DNA from: an uncultured Deferribacteres bacterium
Lineage (GTDB): Bacteria > Zhuqueibacterota > Zhuqueibacteria > Zhuqueibacterales > Geothermadaptataceae
Reading direction: 5' to 3'
Length of the DNA stretch: 13,155 nt
Assembly (NCBI GenBank): GCA_964014485.1
Contig: CAXHAT010000210.1
Coordinates: 1-13,155, forward strand
The notes under the pieces are model-generated. The model had not been told where the DNA came from and ran no database searches. It saw nothing but the letters and a program-made list of their open reading frames with translations. Shown one piece after another: positions 1 through 7,140 of this stretch. The translations under genes and the position numbers were made by a program. Within the stretch, counting starts at the first letter, position 1, and every line of letters starts with the position of its first letter.

Positions 1-412
1 CCATAAAAATGGTTTGCGGACACGCCCAACCGCACCAAAGCCTTCCGAATATCGCCGTGAACAACAGGACAAAAACGATAAAAACGATGCTAATGAGAAA
101 AAACAGATGGAAATCCTGCGGCCAAAACACAATGCCCAAAATGACGAACTTTCGTTCCAAAAAATTCAGCAAAAGCAAAGGCTCGCCGCCGATTCTGATA
201 AACGGGCCGCTAAAAAAAACCGCCAACAGAAACAGGCTGACCCAGGTGCGCGCATTGTAAAAACGACCCCGCGGTTTTTTGGGGTGAATCCAAATCCGCT
301 TGCCCTTCTGATCCACCGTTGCAATGTGATCACGAAAGGCGCTGTTTTCATCTGACGCGTTCGGCGATTTCAACGGCGCGGCTGGTTGTATGTTGGGGTC
401 ATTTGCGATCAT
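1..412 (-). CDS. ccoG: cbb3 oxidase accessory Fe-S membrane protein CcoG/FixG (5' part; runs off the window's left edge)
   Basis: Not in the ORF track. Manual translation from ATG at 412 gives MIANDPNIQ...FRDHIATVDQKGKRIWIHPKKPRGRFYNARTWVS...FWPQDFHLF...FTAIFGRLWCGWACPQTIFM, open to base 1. The FWPQD and GRxWCGWxCPQT motifs are typical of CcoG. The start overlaps the ccoP end by 14 nt. Confidence 0.95.
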   Translation of the reverse strand, partial: MIANDPNIQPAAPLKSPNASDENSAFRDHIATVDQKGKRIWIHPKKPRGRFYNARTWVSLFLLAVFFSGPFIRIGGEPLLLLNFLERKFVILGIVFWPQDFHLFFLISIVFIVFVLLFTAIFGRLWCGWACPQTIFM

Positions 413-1088
413 AATGCTGTCCTTGGGGCTGCTTCGGATTTGGCGGTTCTGAGCCGTGAATGCTGTGAATGTAGCTGGCGACCTGTTGAATTTCTTCCGG
501 GCGCAAATAGTTCTTCCAGGCGATCATGCCCTTGGCGACAACACCGTTTTGAATCACGCCGACAATGCCTTCAAAGCTGCCGTCGCAGTTAAGCCAGTTG
601 TTGTCGGTTAAGTTCGGCCCAATGCCGCCCTGTCCTTGCGGGCCGTGGCAGTTGGCGCAATTTTTCGTGTAAATGCCTCTGCCGCCGCTCAGGGCTGAGG
701 CGTCGGAGAGCAATTTAAAAGAGAAAGTTTCTTCCGGCGCAGCTTGTTCTTCCTTCGGCGCTTCCGCCGCCGTTTTGCCGCCGCCCTGCGCAATCATCAG
801 CGGCGTAACGTCGCGCTCCGGCGCGTGGTAAGGCGAATGATAAGCCAGCGCAACGGCATTTTTGTTGGGGTCTTTCCAGTTCGGATCGACGGATTTTTGA
901 TATTCCGCGTCCGAGAGATCGCCGAAGCCCAAAACGTGAAAATAAAGCACGTAGGCGATCGACCAGATAATGGATATATAAAACAAGTTCAACCACCACG
1001 GCGGCATGCGATTATCCAGTTCACGGATGCCGTCATACTCGTGATCCATCAAGTATTCATCGTAGTTGGTAGTTTTTTTTGAATTCAT
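399..1088 (-). CDS. ccoP: cbb3-type cytochrome c oxidase subunit III (monoheme CcoP)
   Basis: N-terminal DHEYDGIRELDNxMPPWW motif followed by a TM helix, one CxxCH (CANCH), GPNLTD and a distal Met (KGMIAW). GGAG lies upstream, and the operon position fits. Confidence 0.95.
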   Translation of the reverse strand: MNSKKTTNYDEYLMDHEYDGIRELDNRMPPWWLNLFYISIIWSIAYVLYFHVLGFGDLSDAEYQKSVDPNWKDPNKNAVALAYHSPYHAPERDVTPLMIAQGGGKTAAEAPKEEQAAPEETFSFKLLSDASALSGGRGIYTKNCANCHGPQGQGGIGPNLTDNNWLNCDGSFEGIVGVIQNGVVAKGMIAWKNYLRPEEIQQVASYIHSIHGSEPPNPKQPQGQHYDRK

Positions 1089-1122
1089 TTTTACTCATCT
1101 CCAGATAGAACGTATAGTTTTT

Positions 1123-1270
1123 TCTCGTTCCAATGCTTCGCGTTGGAATGCACTTCCGACGCTTTGCGTCGAGCGTTTTAAAATGCTTCGGCTTCTGTTG
1201 AATTGATCGTCGTGCTTGAATGGACGCGAAGCGTCCGGGCTGCATTCCCACGCAAAGCATGGAAACGAGA
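1123..1270. repeat. REPIN-like palindromic element, copy A (four internal hairpins)
   Basis: Arms 1122-1152 and 1241-1271 are inverted repeats (27/31 match), and each arm is itself a 9-bp/3-nt-loop hairpin. Inner hairpins are GACGC-TTT-GCGTC (1158-1170) and GGACGC-GAA-GCGTCC (1222-1236). Confidence 0.85.
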
Positions 1271-1280
1271 AGAATGCTGC

Positions 1281-1320
1281 TGACTCCATTAATCCAATAT
1301 TCCACTAATCCAATGCTCCA
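1281..1320 (-). repeat. Degenerate 8-nt tandem repeat (TGGAnnnn x5)
   Basis: Minus strand reads TGGAGCAT TGGATTAG TGGAATAT TGGATTAA TGGAGTCA, beginning 6 nt after the ccoQ stop. Confidence 0.85.
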
Positions 1321-1326
1321 ACGCCT

Positions 1327-1485
1327 TCATTCTTCCAACGGCAGCTTTTCAATTTCCTTCACCGTCTTTCTGTCCAGCGTGATCACCCAAATCAGAACGG
1401 CGGCGAAAAATACGGTAAAAATCATCAGCGAAATCATCGGAAAAACCTCCACGCCGGTTATGCTTTGTAGAACTTGTTTGTACAT
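1327..1485 (-). CDS. ccoQ: cbb3 oxidase small subunit CcoQ (52 aa)
   Basis: Not in the ORF track. Manual translation: MYKQVLQSITGVEVFPMISLMIFTVFFAAVLIWVITLDRKTVKEIEKLPLEE*. It has one TM helix and a C-terminal LPLE, and lies between ccoNO and ccoP. Confidence 0.9.
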   Translation of the reverse strand: MYKQVLQSITGVEVFPMISLMIFTVFFAAVLIWVITLDRKTVKEIEKLPLEE

Positions 1486-1509
1486 GTTTCTTTACTCTTA
1501 AATGTTCTC

Positions 1510-1621
1510 TGGAGTGTTGGAATGGTGGAATGGTGGAATGGTGGAGTAATGGAGTATTGGTAGAGATGTCCCATCAATCCATCAATCCATCAATCCTTCA
1601 CTCCAAAATTCCACCACTCCA
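1510..1621. repeat. Inverted pair of 8-nt tandem repeat tracts forming a 112-nt imperfect foldback
   Basis: Six TGGA(A/G)TNN units plus TGG (1510-1560), a 10-nt spacer, then CCA plus six NNANTCCA-type units (1571-1621; one ends TCCT). Confidence 0.9.
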
Positions 1622-1626
1622 TCCGC

Positions 1627-3768
1627 TCAGTCCGTCTCGGGCGCTGTGACGCCCCGTTTTGGTTGAATATCCGTGCCAAGCCGCTGCAAATAAGCGATCA
1701 GCGCAACGATCTCGGTTTTGGGATCAATCGCAATTCCAGCTTCTTGCAAACGCGCTGCAACTTCTTCGGCTTGTTTCATCAATTTTTCGTGCGCCGCCGC
1801 CTGAAAACCTTCAGGGTAAGGCACGCCCAGAGTTTGCATCGCCGAGATTTTCGATTCCAGATCGGAGGTATCGAGTTCGTCCTCCGCCAGCCAGGGATAA
1901 GGCGGCATGAGCGAACCAGGCGACATCGTCGTCGGATCGACCATGTGCGCGTAGTGCCAGGCGTCAGGATATTTTCCGCCGATACGGTGCAGGTCAGGCC
2001 CGGTTCGTTTCGAGCCCCAAAGATGCGGATGATCGTAGACAAATTCTCCAGCTTTGGAATATTCGCCATAACGCTCGGTTTCCGAACGGAACGGGCGAAT
2101 CATCTGCGAGTGGCAATTGTTGCAGCCTTCACGAATGTAAATGTCGCGGCCTTCCAATTCCAGCGGCGTGTATGGCTGCACGCTTGAAATCGTCGGAACG
2201 TTCGATTTAACCAGAAACGCGGGGATCATTTCAACCACGCCGCCGATGAGAATAAGCACGGTCGTGGCGATAAGGAATTGCGCCGGACGGCTTTCGATCC
2301 AGCGATGCCAGTAGGATTTTTCGGCGGCGCGATCCGGGCGCGGATCCATGGCCGGCGCTTCGGCGCGCTCATCTGCGATCAATGAGCCTTGTTTCGCCGT
2401 CCGGTAAAGATTGTATGCGCCGATGACGACCCCGGCCAGGAACATTGTCCCGCCAAGCGAGCGCGTCACATACATCGGCACGAGTTGGACGACTGTTTCG
2501 AGAAAATTCGGATATTGCAAGAAGCCATCGGCGGTGAATTCTTTCCACATGAAACCTTGCGTCAGCCCCGCCCAATACATCGGAATGGCGTAGAAAACGA
2601 TGCCCAGCGAGCCGATCCAAAAGTGGAGATTGGCCAAATTCTTCGAGTAAAGCTTGGTGTTGAAAATGCGCGGCATCAGCCAGTAAAGCATTCCAAACGT
2701 GAGAAAACCGACCCAGCCAAAGGCGCCGACATGCACGTGAGCAATCGTCCAATCCGTGTAGTGCGTCAGCGCGTTGATGCTTTTGATCGAGAGCATCGGC
2801 CCTTCAAAAGTCGCCATGCCGTAGGCAGTGACCGCGACGACCATCATCTTGAGCACCACGTCTTCCCGCACGCGATCCCATGCGCCGCGCAAGGTCAGCA
2901 AGCCGTTCAACATGCCGCCCCAGGAAGGTGCGATGAGCATGATTGAAAAAACGGAACCGAGCGTTTGCGCCCAGTCCGGCAGCGCCGTGTAGAGCAAATG
3001 GTGCGGCCCCGCCCAAATGTAGATGAAAATCAACGCCCAAAAGTGGACGATGGAAAGCTTGTAAGAAAAAACCGGTCGGTTGGCGGCTTTGGGCATGAAA
3101 TAGTACATGATGCCGAGAAACGGCGTTGTCAGGAAAAAGGCGACCGCATTGTGACCGTACCACCATTGTACCAGCGCATCCTGAACGCCCGCAAACATTG
3201 AGTAACTTTTGGTCAAACTGACTGGAATCTCGAACGAGTTCACGATGTGCAGCACCGCGACCGTGATCGCTGTGGCGATGTAAAACCAAATCGCGACGTA
3301 CATGTGCTTTTCCCGCCGCTTGAAAATGGTGCCGAACATGTTCCAGGAAAAAATCACCCAAACGACGGCGATCAGCAGATCAATCGGCCACTCAAGTTCC
3401 GCGTATTCCTTGCTGGTCGTATAGCCGAGCAGCAGGCTGACGGCGGCGAGTACGATGATCAACTGCCAACCCCAAAAGTGCAGTTTGCTCAGCGTGTCGC
3501 TGTACATCCGCGCCTTGCAGAGACGTTGCAGCGAGTAATAGATGCCGGTAAAAAGCGCATTGCCCGCGAAAGCGAAAATCACCGCGTTGGTGTGCAGCGG
3601 ACGCAAGCGGCCAAAGGTGAGAAACGGCAGATTGAAGCTCAGCGACGGCGCGTACATTTGAATCGCGATAATCACGCCCACCAACATGCCGACAATACCC
3701 CACAAGGTTGTTGCAACGGCGAAGTTTCTGACGATTCTGTTGTCGTAGTGAAAGGTTTCCATTGCCAT
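1627..3768 (-). CDS. ccoNO: Fused cbb3-type cytochrome c oxidase subunits I/II (CcoN-CcoO)
   Basis: CcoN motifs FGRLRPLHTNAVIF, QWWYGHNAV, GPHHL and AHVH across ~12 TM segments. These are followed in frame by CcoO motifs GRDIYIREGCNNCHSQMIRP, WGSKRTGPDL and ALIAYLQRLG. Confidence 0.98.
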   Translation of the reverse strand: MAMETFHYDNRIVRNFAVATTLWGIVGMLVGVIIAIQMYAPSLSFNLPFLTFGRLRPLHTNAVIFAFAGNALFTGIYYSLQRLCKARMYSDTLSKLHFWGWQLIIVLAAVSLLLGYTTSKEYAELEWPIDLLIAVVWVIFSWNMFGTIFKRREKHMYVAIWFYIATAITVAVLHIVNSFEIPVSLTKSYSMFAGVQDALVQWWYGHNAVAFFLTTPFLGIMYYFMPKAANRPVFSYKLSIVHFWALIFIYIWAGPHHLLYTALPDWAQTLGSVFSIMLIAPSWGGMLNGLLTLRGAWDRVREDVVLKMMVVAVTAYGMATFEGPMLSIKSINALTHYTDWTIAHVHVGAFGWVGFLTFGMLYWLMPRIFNTKLYSKNLANLHFWIGSLGIVFYAIPMYWAGLTQGFMWKEFTADGFLQYPNFLETVVQLVPMYVTRSLGGTMFLAGVVIGAYNLYRTAKQGSLIADERAEAPAMDPRPDRAAEKSYWHRWIESRPAQFLIATTVLILIGGVVEMIPAFLVKSNVPTISSVQPYTPLELEGRDIYIREGCNNCHSQMIRPFRSETERYGEYSKAGEFVYDHPHLWGSKRTGPDLHRIGGKYPDAWHYAHMVDPTTMSPGSLMPPYPWLAEDELDTSDLESKISAMQTLGVPYPEGFQAAAHEKLMKQAEEVAARLQEAGIAIDPKTEIVALIAYLQRLGTDIQPKRGVTAPETD

Positions 3769-3772
3769 AAAA

Positions 3773-3940
3773 CTAGTTCTCCTCGGATTGATCCAAATTG
3801 TCGACGTCGTCTAGTAGAATGCGAACAGACGGTGTGTAGGTATCGTCAAACTGGCCGGATTTTGCCGAGAAGAGAAACGCGAGAAGAAACCCGGAAGCCA
3901 GCAAAAGACTGATGATGATGAGTAGGATTAGGACGTTCAT
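3773..3940 (-). CDS. ccoS: cbb3 oxidase maturation protein CcoS/FixS (55 aa)
   Basis: Not in the ORF track. Manual translation: MNVLILLIIISLLLASGFLLAFLFSAKSGQFDDTYTPSVRILLDDVDNLDQSEEN*. TM helix plus the SGQFDD...RIL.DD signature. Its 3' end supplies the GAGGAG RBS for ccoNO. Confidence 0.95.
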   Translation of the reverse strand: MNVLILLIIISLLLASGFLLAFLFSAKSGQFDDTYTPSVRILLDDVDNLDQSEEN

Positions 3941-3965
3941 ATTTTTGTTTTTATAAATTTTAACA

Positions 3966-4089
3966 TCTCGTCACGACGGTCTCCGTCGTGATGTATACTC
4001 GGACGCTCTGCGTCCGGTCTGACTCGTTTTAAGTTCACGGGACGCAGAGCGTCCGAGCGTGCGTGACCACGGAGACCGTGGTCACGAGA
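3966..4089. repeat. REPIN-like palindromic element, copy B (four internal hairpins)
   Basis: TCTCG-TCACGACGG-TCT-CCGTCGTGA-TGTATA-CTCGGACGC-TCT-GCGTCC ... GGACGC-AGA-GCGTCCGAG-CGTGCG-TGACCACGG-AGA-CCGTGGTCA-CGAGA. Same architecture as 1123-1270. Confidence 0.9.
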
Positions 4090-4124
4090 CCAATTTTCCA
4101 ACAATCCAATACTCCACCACTCCA
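4090..4124 (-). repeat. Degenerate 8-nt tandem repeat (TGGAnnnn x4 + TGG)
   Basis: Minus strand reads TGGAGTGG TGGAGTAT TGGATTGT TGGAAAAT TGG. It starts 3 nt after the ccoI stop and abuts the TCTCG end of copy B. Confidence 0.85.
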
Positions 4125-4127
4125 TTC

Positions 4128-6779
4128 TCACAACCCCGCCCGTTTTGCGCGCCATTGCGTTGCGCCGGTGGCGAAGGCGACGACGGTGATTGAGCTGATC
4201 GGCATTAGAATCGCCGCGATGAGCGGGGAAAGATTGCCGGTGATCGCAAAGCTCAACCCGACGATGTTGTAGAGAAACGAAAGTGTAAAACCGGCTTTGA
4301 CCACGTTGGTCGATGATTTTGCGAAACGCAGCAGCTTGGGTAAATCGCGAAATCTTTTTGCGTCGAGAATGGCGTCGCAGGCTGGGGAAAAGGCGTGAAT
4401 GTCCTCGGAAATCGCCACGCCGACGTCACTTTGTTTGAGCGCCCCGGCATCGTTCAGACCGTCGCCGAGCATGAGAATTTTTTCACCGCGCCGCTTCTGC
4501 AAATCGTGGATGAAGGCCATTTTTTGTTCGGGCGATTGCTCAAAGCGCAGCGTTTCCGTTTCTCGGGCTTTGCCAAAAATCTTCCGTAATTCGTTGATAG
4601 CACGCGGTGCGTCGCCGGAAAGCAGCGAGACGGCAAATTGATCTTTCAATGCGGCAATCACGTTTTTCAAACCGCCGCGCCAAGCGTGCTGAATGCGAAA
4701 GTAGCCGCGATAATGGCCGTCGATTGCGAGATGGACGCGGGTTTCGGAACTGTTTTCGTTTTGAATATTTTCCGTGAGGTATCGCGAATTTGGTGTGTTT
4801 GAGAGCGTTGGTTTACCCACCCCTGACCCCTCCCTGGAGTGGAATTGGGCGACCGCAAAGCGGTCGCGAAGATTCCCCTCCGGGGAGGGGGTAGGGGTGG
4901 GTTCCGCGCACTGTTGTTTCTCCCGAAAGCTCTCATTTTTAAGATGTTTATTCGAAAACTCTACTCGTGACGTATCAAAGTTTTCTGCAACCCACGCTGC
5001 GCTGCCGAGCTTGACGCTCGAACCTGACGCAAGCCCAACCACGCCGCGTCCCGGCATTTCTTGAAAATCGCTGTTTTTGAGAAAATCATTCACGGAAAGC
5101 GCGCTGACAATTTGGGCGCTCAAGGGATGGCTGGAATTCGATGCAACGCTGGCGACAACTTGTTTCTCGAAATCACTGAGATTTTCCGGCGAATCCGGCG
5201 CGGCGACAAAAACGGCGCGGCTCTGGTTGTTGCGGGTAATCGTCCCGGTCTTGTCAAAGACGACGTGGTCAACCTTCGCCAGACTCTCGGTGACGTCCGC
5301 GTTTTTGAGATAAAAATGATTGCGCCCGAAAATTCGCATGGCGTGACCGAACGTAAACGGCACGGTCAACGCCAGCGCGCACGGGCAGGCGACGATGAGA
5401 ATGGCGGTAAAAACACTGATCGCCGACTCCGGCTTCAGAAACGCCCAAAAAACAGCAGCGATTGTCGCGATGGCCAGAATTGTGATCGTGAAGTATTTCG
5501 CGACAACATTGGAGAGCGAGTTCAAAGCGCTGTTTTTCGCGGTTTTGAAAACATCATGATTCCACAATTGCGTCAGGCGGCTCTGGGAAACGTTTTTGAG
5601 AATGTGAACGCGCAGCGCCTTGCCGTGAACGCGTCCTCCCGCCAAAATTTGCTCGCCTTTTTTGTGCTGCACGGGATCGGATTCACCAGTGACAAACGCA
5701 TAATCGACGGCGCCGTTTTCAGAGAGCAAAAGCGCGTCCGCCGGGATCAATTCACCGTTGCGCACGCGAATCATATCGTTGATCTTGAGCTGCGTCAGAG
5801 GAATGGACTGCTCGCCGCTTTCTTCGATCCTGGTGACGGAAATCGGAAAATAGGATTTGTAATTGCGCTCAAAAGAAAGTGCGGCGTAGGTCTTCTGCTG
5901 AAAGACTTTTCCGATAAGCAGGAAGAAAATGAGTCCGGCGAACGAATCAAAATAACCGGGGCCTGTTTGCGTCACAATTTCAAACAAGCTTTGCCCGAAC
6001 AACGCAACGATTCCGAGAGCAATCGGAACGTCAATATTGAGAAATTTCTGTTTGAGGCTTCTGAAAGCGGAAATGAAAAAATCCTGCGCGCTAAAGAACA
6101 ACACTGGCAAGGCAATGACAAGGTTTAGCCAAGCGAAAAACGTTTTAAAACCGGGAGAAAGATCCATACCGCCCGCAAGGTATTCCGGCAAGCTGAGCAG
6201 CATGATATTCCCAAAAGCGAAACCGGCAACGCCGAGCTTCAAGGGCAGCCTGGCATTGCCGGTTTTCGGAGCCTTCACGCCCAGATGTTCCAAGTTCAAT
6301 TGCGGCGCATAACCAATTGAATCGAGTAATTCAACAATTTTGCGTAATGACGTCTCGCTCTCACGGAAAACGATCGTCGCTTCTTTGGCTAAAAAACGGA
6401 CCCGGGCGGAGGCTATGCCCGGGTCCAGTTTGTGGAGGTTTTCCAGCAGCCATACGCACGCGCTGCAATGGACTTGAGGAATGTGAAACGTGACGCGAAA
6501 AGCGCCTGGTCCAGCAGTCGCAAGTACGGCTTCCCGGACTTCAGAAACCTCCAGAAATTCCCAGCGGTTGTCTTTTTCCGCTTCTTGCTTCGTACCGGGG
6601 TGCGATTCCAATTTATAGTAGGACAGCATGTTGTTTTCGGCGAGTAGTTGGAAAACCAACTTACATCCCGAGCAACAAAACATCCTGTCGTTATGATAAA
6701 CTTGTTCCGCGCAGATCTGACCGCAATGGAAACACAATGCCGGTTCCGGCCGCATACCTGTTTTACCTGCTCCAGACAA
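4128..6779 (-). CDS. ccoI: P1B-type heavy-metal (Cu) translocating ATPase CcoI/FixI
   Basis: N-terminal CFHCG...FCCSGC metal-binding domain, HMA HCSAC, TGES, CPC, DKTGT, SHP, SGD and GDGLND motifs. It heads the cco cluster. The TTG start is preceded by GAGGGAG; an alternative ATG lies at 6755. Confidence 0.95.
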   Translation of the reverse strand: MSGAGKTGMRPEPALCFHCGQICAEQVYHNDRMFCCSGCKLVFQLLAENNMLSYYKLESHPGTKQEAEKDNRWEFLEVSEVREAVLATAGPGAFRVTFHIPQVHCSACVWLLENLHKLDPGIASARVRFLAKEATIVFRESETSLRKIVELLDSIGYAPQLNLEHLGVKAPKTGNARLPLKLGVAGFAFGNIMLLSLPEYLAGGMDLSPGFKTFFAWLNLVIALPVLFFSAQDFFISAFRSLKQKFLNIDVPIALGIVALFGQSLFEIVTQTGPGYFDSFAGLIFFLLIGKVFQQKTYAALSFERNYKSYFPISVTRIEESGEQSIPLTQLKINDMIRVRNGELIPADALLLSENGAVDYAFVTGESDPVQHKKGEQILAGGRVHGKALRVHILKNVSQSRLTQLWNHDVFKTAKNSALNSLSNVVAKYFTITILAIATIAAVFWAFLKPESAISVFTAILIVACPCALALTVPFTFGHAMRIFGRNHFYLKNADVTESLAKVDHVVFDKTGTITRNNQSRAVFVAAPDSPENLSDFEKQVVASVASNSSHPLSAQIVSALSVNDFLKNSDFQEMPGRGVVGLASGSSVKLGSAAWVAENFDTSRVEFSNKHLKNESFREKQQCAEPTPTPSPEGNLRDRFAVAQFHSREGSGVGKPTLSNTPNSRYLTENIQNENSSETRVHLAIDGHYRGYFRIQHAWRGGLKNVIAALKDQFAVSLLSGDAPRAINELRKIFGKARETETLRFEQSPEQKMAFIHDLQKRRGEKILMLGDGLNDAGALKQSDVGVAISEDIHAFSPACDAILDAKRFRDLPKLLRFAKSSTNVVKAGFTLSFLYNIVGLSFAITGNLSPLIAAILMPISSITVVAFATGATQWRAKRAGL
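4815..4902. repeat. G/C-rich palindromic element embedded in the ccoI coding sequence
   Basis: ACCCACCCCTGACCCCTCCCTGGAGTGGAAT (4815-4845) and ATTCCCCTCCGGGGAGGGGGTAGGGGTGGGT (4872-4902) are inverted repeats (27/31). They flank a perfect GCGACCGC-AAA-GCGGTCGC hairpin (4849-4867). Confidence 0.9.
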
Positions 6780-6868
6780 AAATTCCGCTCCCTCTCGTTT
6801 CTTCTGTTCGCAGCATTCACAGCTTTCCCACGTGCATTCACTAACATCATGCCATCCTGTCCCCTGGC

Positions 6869-7099
6869 TTAATGAATTGCCGATAAAGTCTTGTTTCTAA
6901 ACTTATTAACAAAATCCTTCGCCGCATTTTTAGCGATCCGCCCGTTCTTAAAAGCCGGAATTTTAATTTTGCTTTTCTTGGGTTTGAGAAAATATGGTCT
7001 GGCAGAAAAACCCCCGACAAAGCCAACGAGTTGTTTTAAGCTTTTTAAAAGCAGCGCCTTAGGATAGATACTTGCGTTATTTTTTTGCTTGAAGCTCAT
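6869..7099 (-). CDS. Possible small Lys-rich hypothetical protein (76 aa)
   Basis: ATG at 7099 has AAGGA 5 nt upstream. The product MSFKQKNNASIYPKALL... has no recognisable motif, lies in AT-rich DNA and may be spurious. Confidence 0.3.
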   Translation of the reverse strand: MSFKQKNNASIYPKALLLKSLKQLVGFVGGFSARPYFLKPKKSKIKIPAFKNGRIAKNAAKDFVNKFRNKTLSAIH

Positions 7100-7140
7100 G
7101 GCGTCCTTATTGATGTATCTTAGAAATTGAAGAGGCTCCA

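Noticed and set aside
166..351. 61-aa minus-strand track ORF
   Set aside because: Wrong frame. The ccoG frame starting at 412 carries the conserved motifs.
1057..1501. Track ORFs 1057-1305, 1095-1289 and 1220-1501
   Set aside because: They are translations of the palindrome/octamer repeats or antisense to ccoQ.
1510..1621. CRISPR array interpretation of the repeats
   Set aside because: Units are 8 nt, contiguous and lack unique spacers. There are no cas genes in the window.
3937..4155. 72-aa ORF containing MEWWSIGLLENWS
   Set aside because: It is a read-through of the octamer tract and REPIN-like copy B. The real small gene here is ccoS.
4774..4965. Outer terminal inverted repeats defining the exact ends of the ccoI insertion
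   Set aside because: Only short patches pair (CGAAT/ATTCG, TGAGAGC/GCTCTCA) with unequal spacing and no clear target duplication. Ends cannot be fixed without orthologs.
4760..4980. Intein or intron explanation for the CcoI insertion
   Set aside because: Too short, with no C-terminal His-Asn followed by Cys/Ser/Thr and no group I/II intron features visible.
5061..6128. 355-aa plus-strand ORF, plus other long antisense ORFs (2389-2946, 3247-3912, 11138-11638)
   Set aside because: They lie antisense to well-supported genes and have no recognisable motifs; these are typical shadow ORFs.
6413..6850. 145-aa minus-strand ORF suggesting a frameshifted ccoI start
   Set aside because: It overlaps ccoI out of frame with no motifs. 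ccoI already has its complete N-terminal metal-binding domain and its own RBS.
7110..7123. Possible FNR box upstream of the cco cluster (TTGATGTATCTTAG)
   Set aside because: Only one half-site matches TTGAT-N4-ATCAA; the second half is CTTAG.
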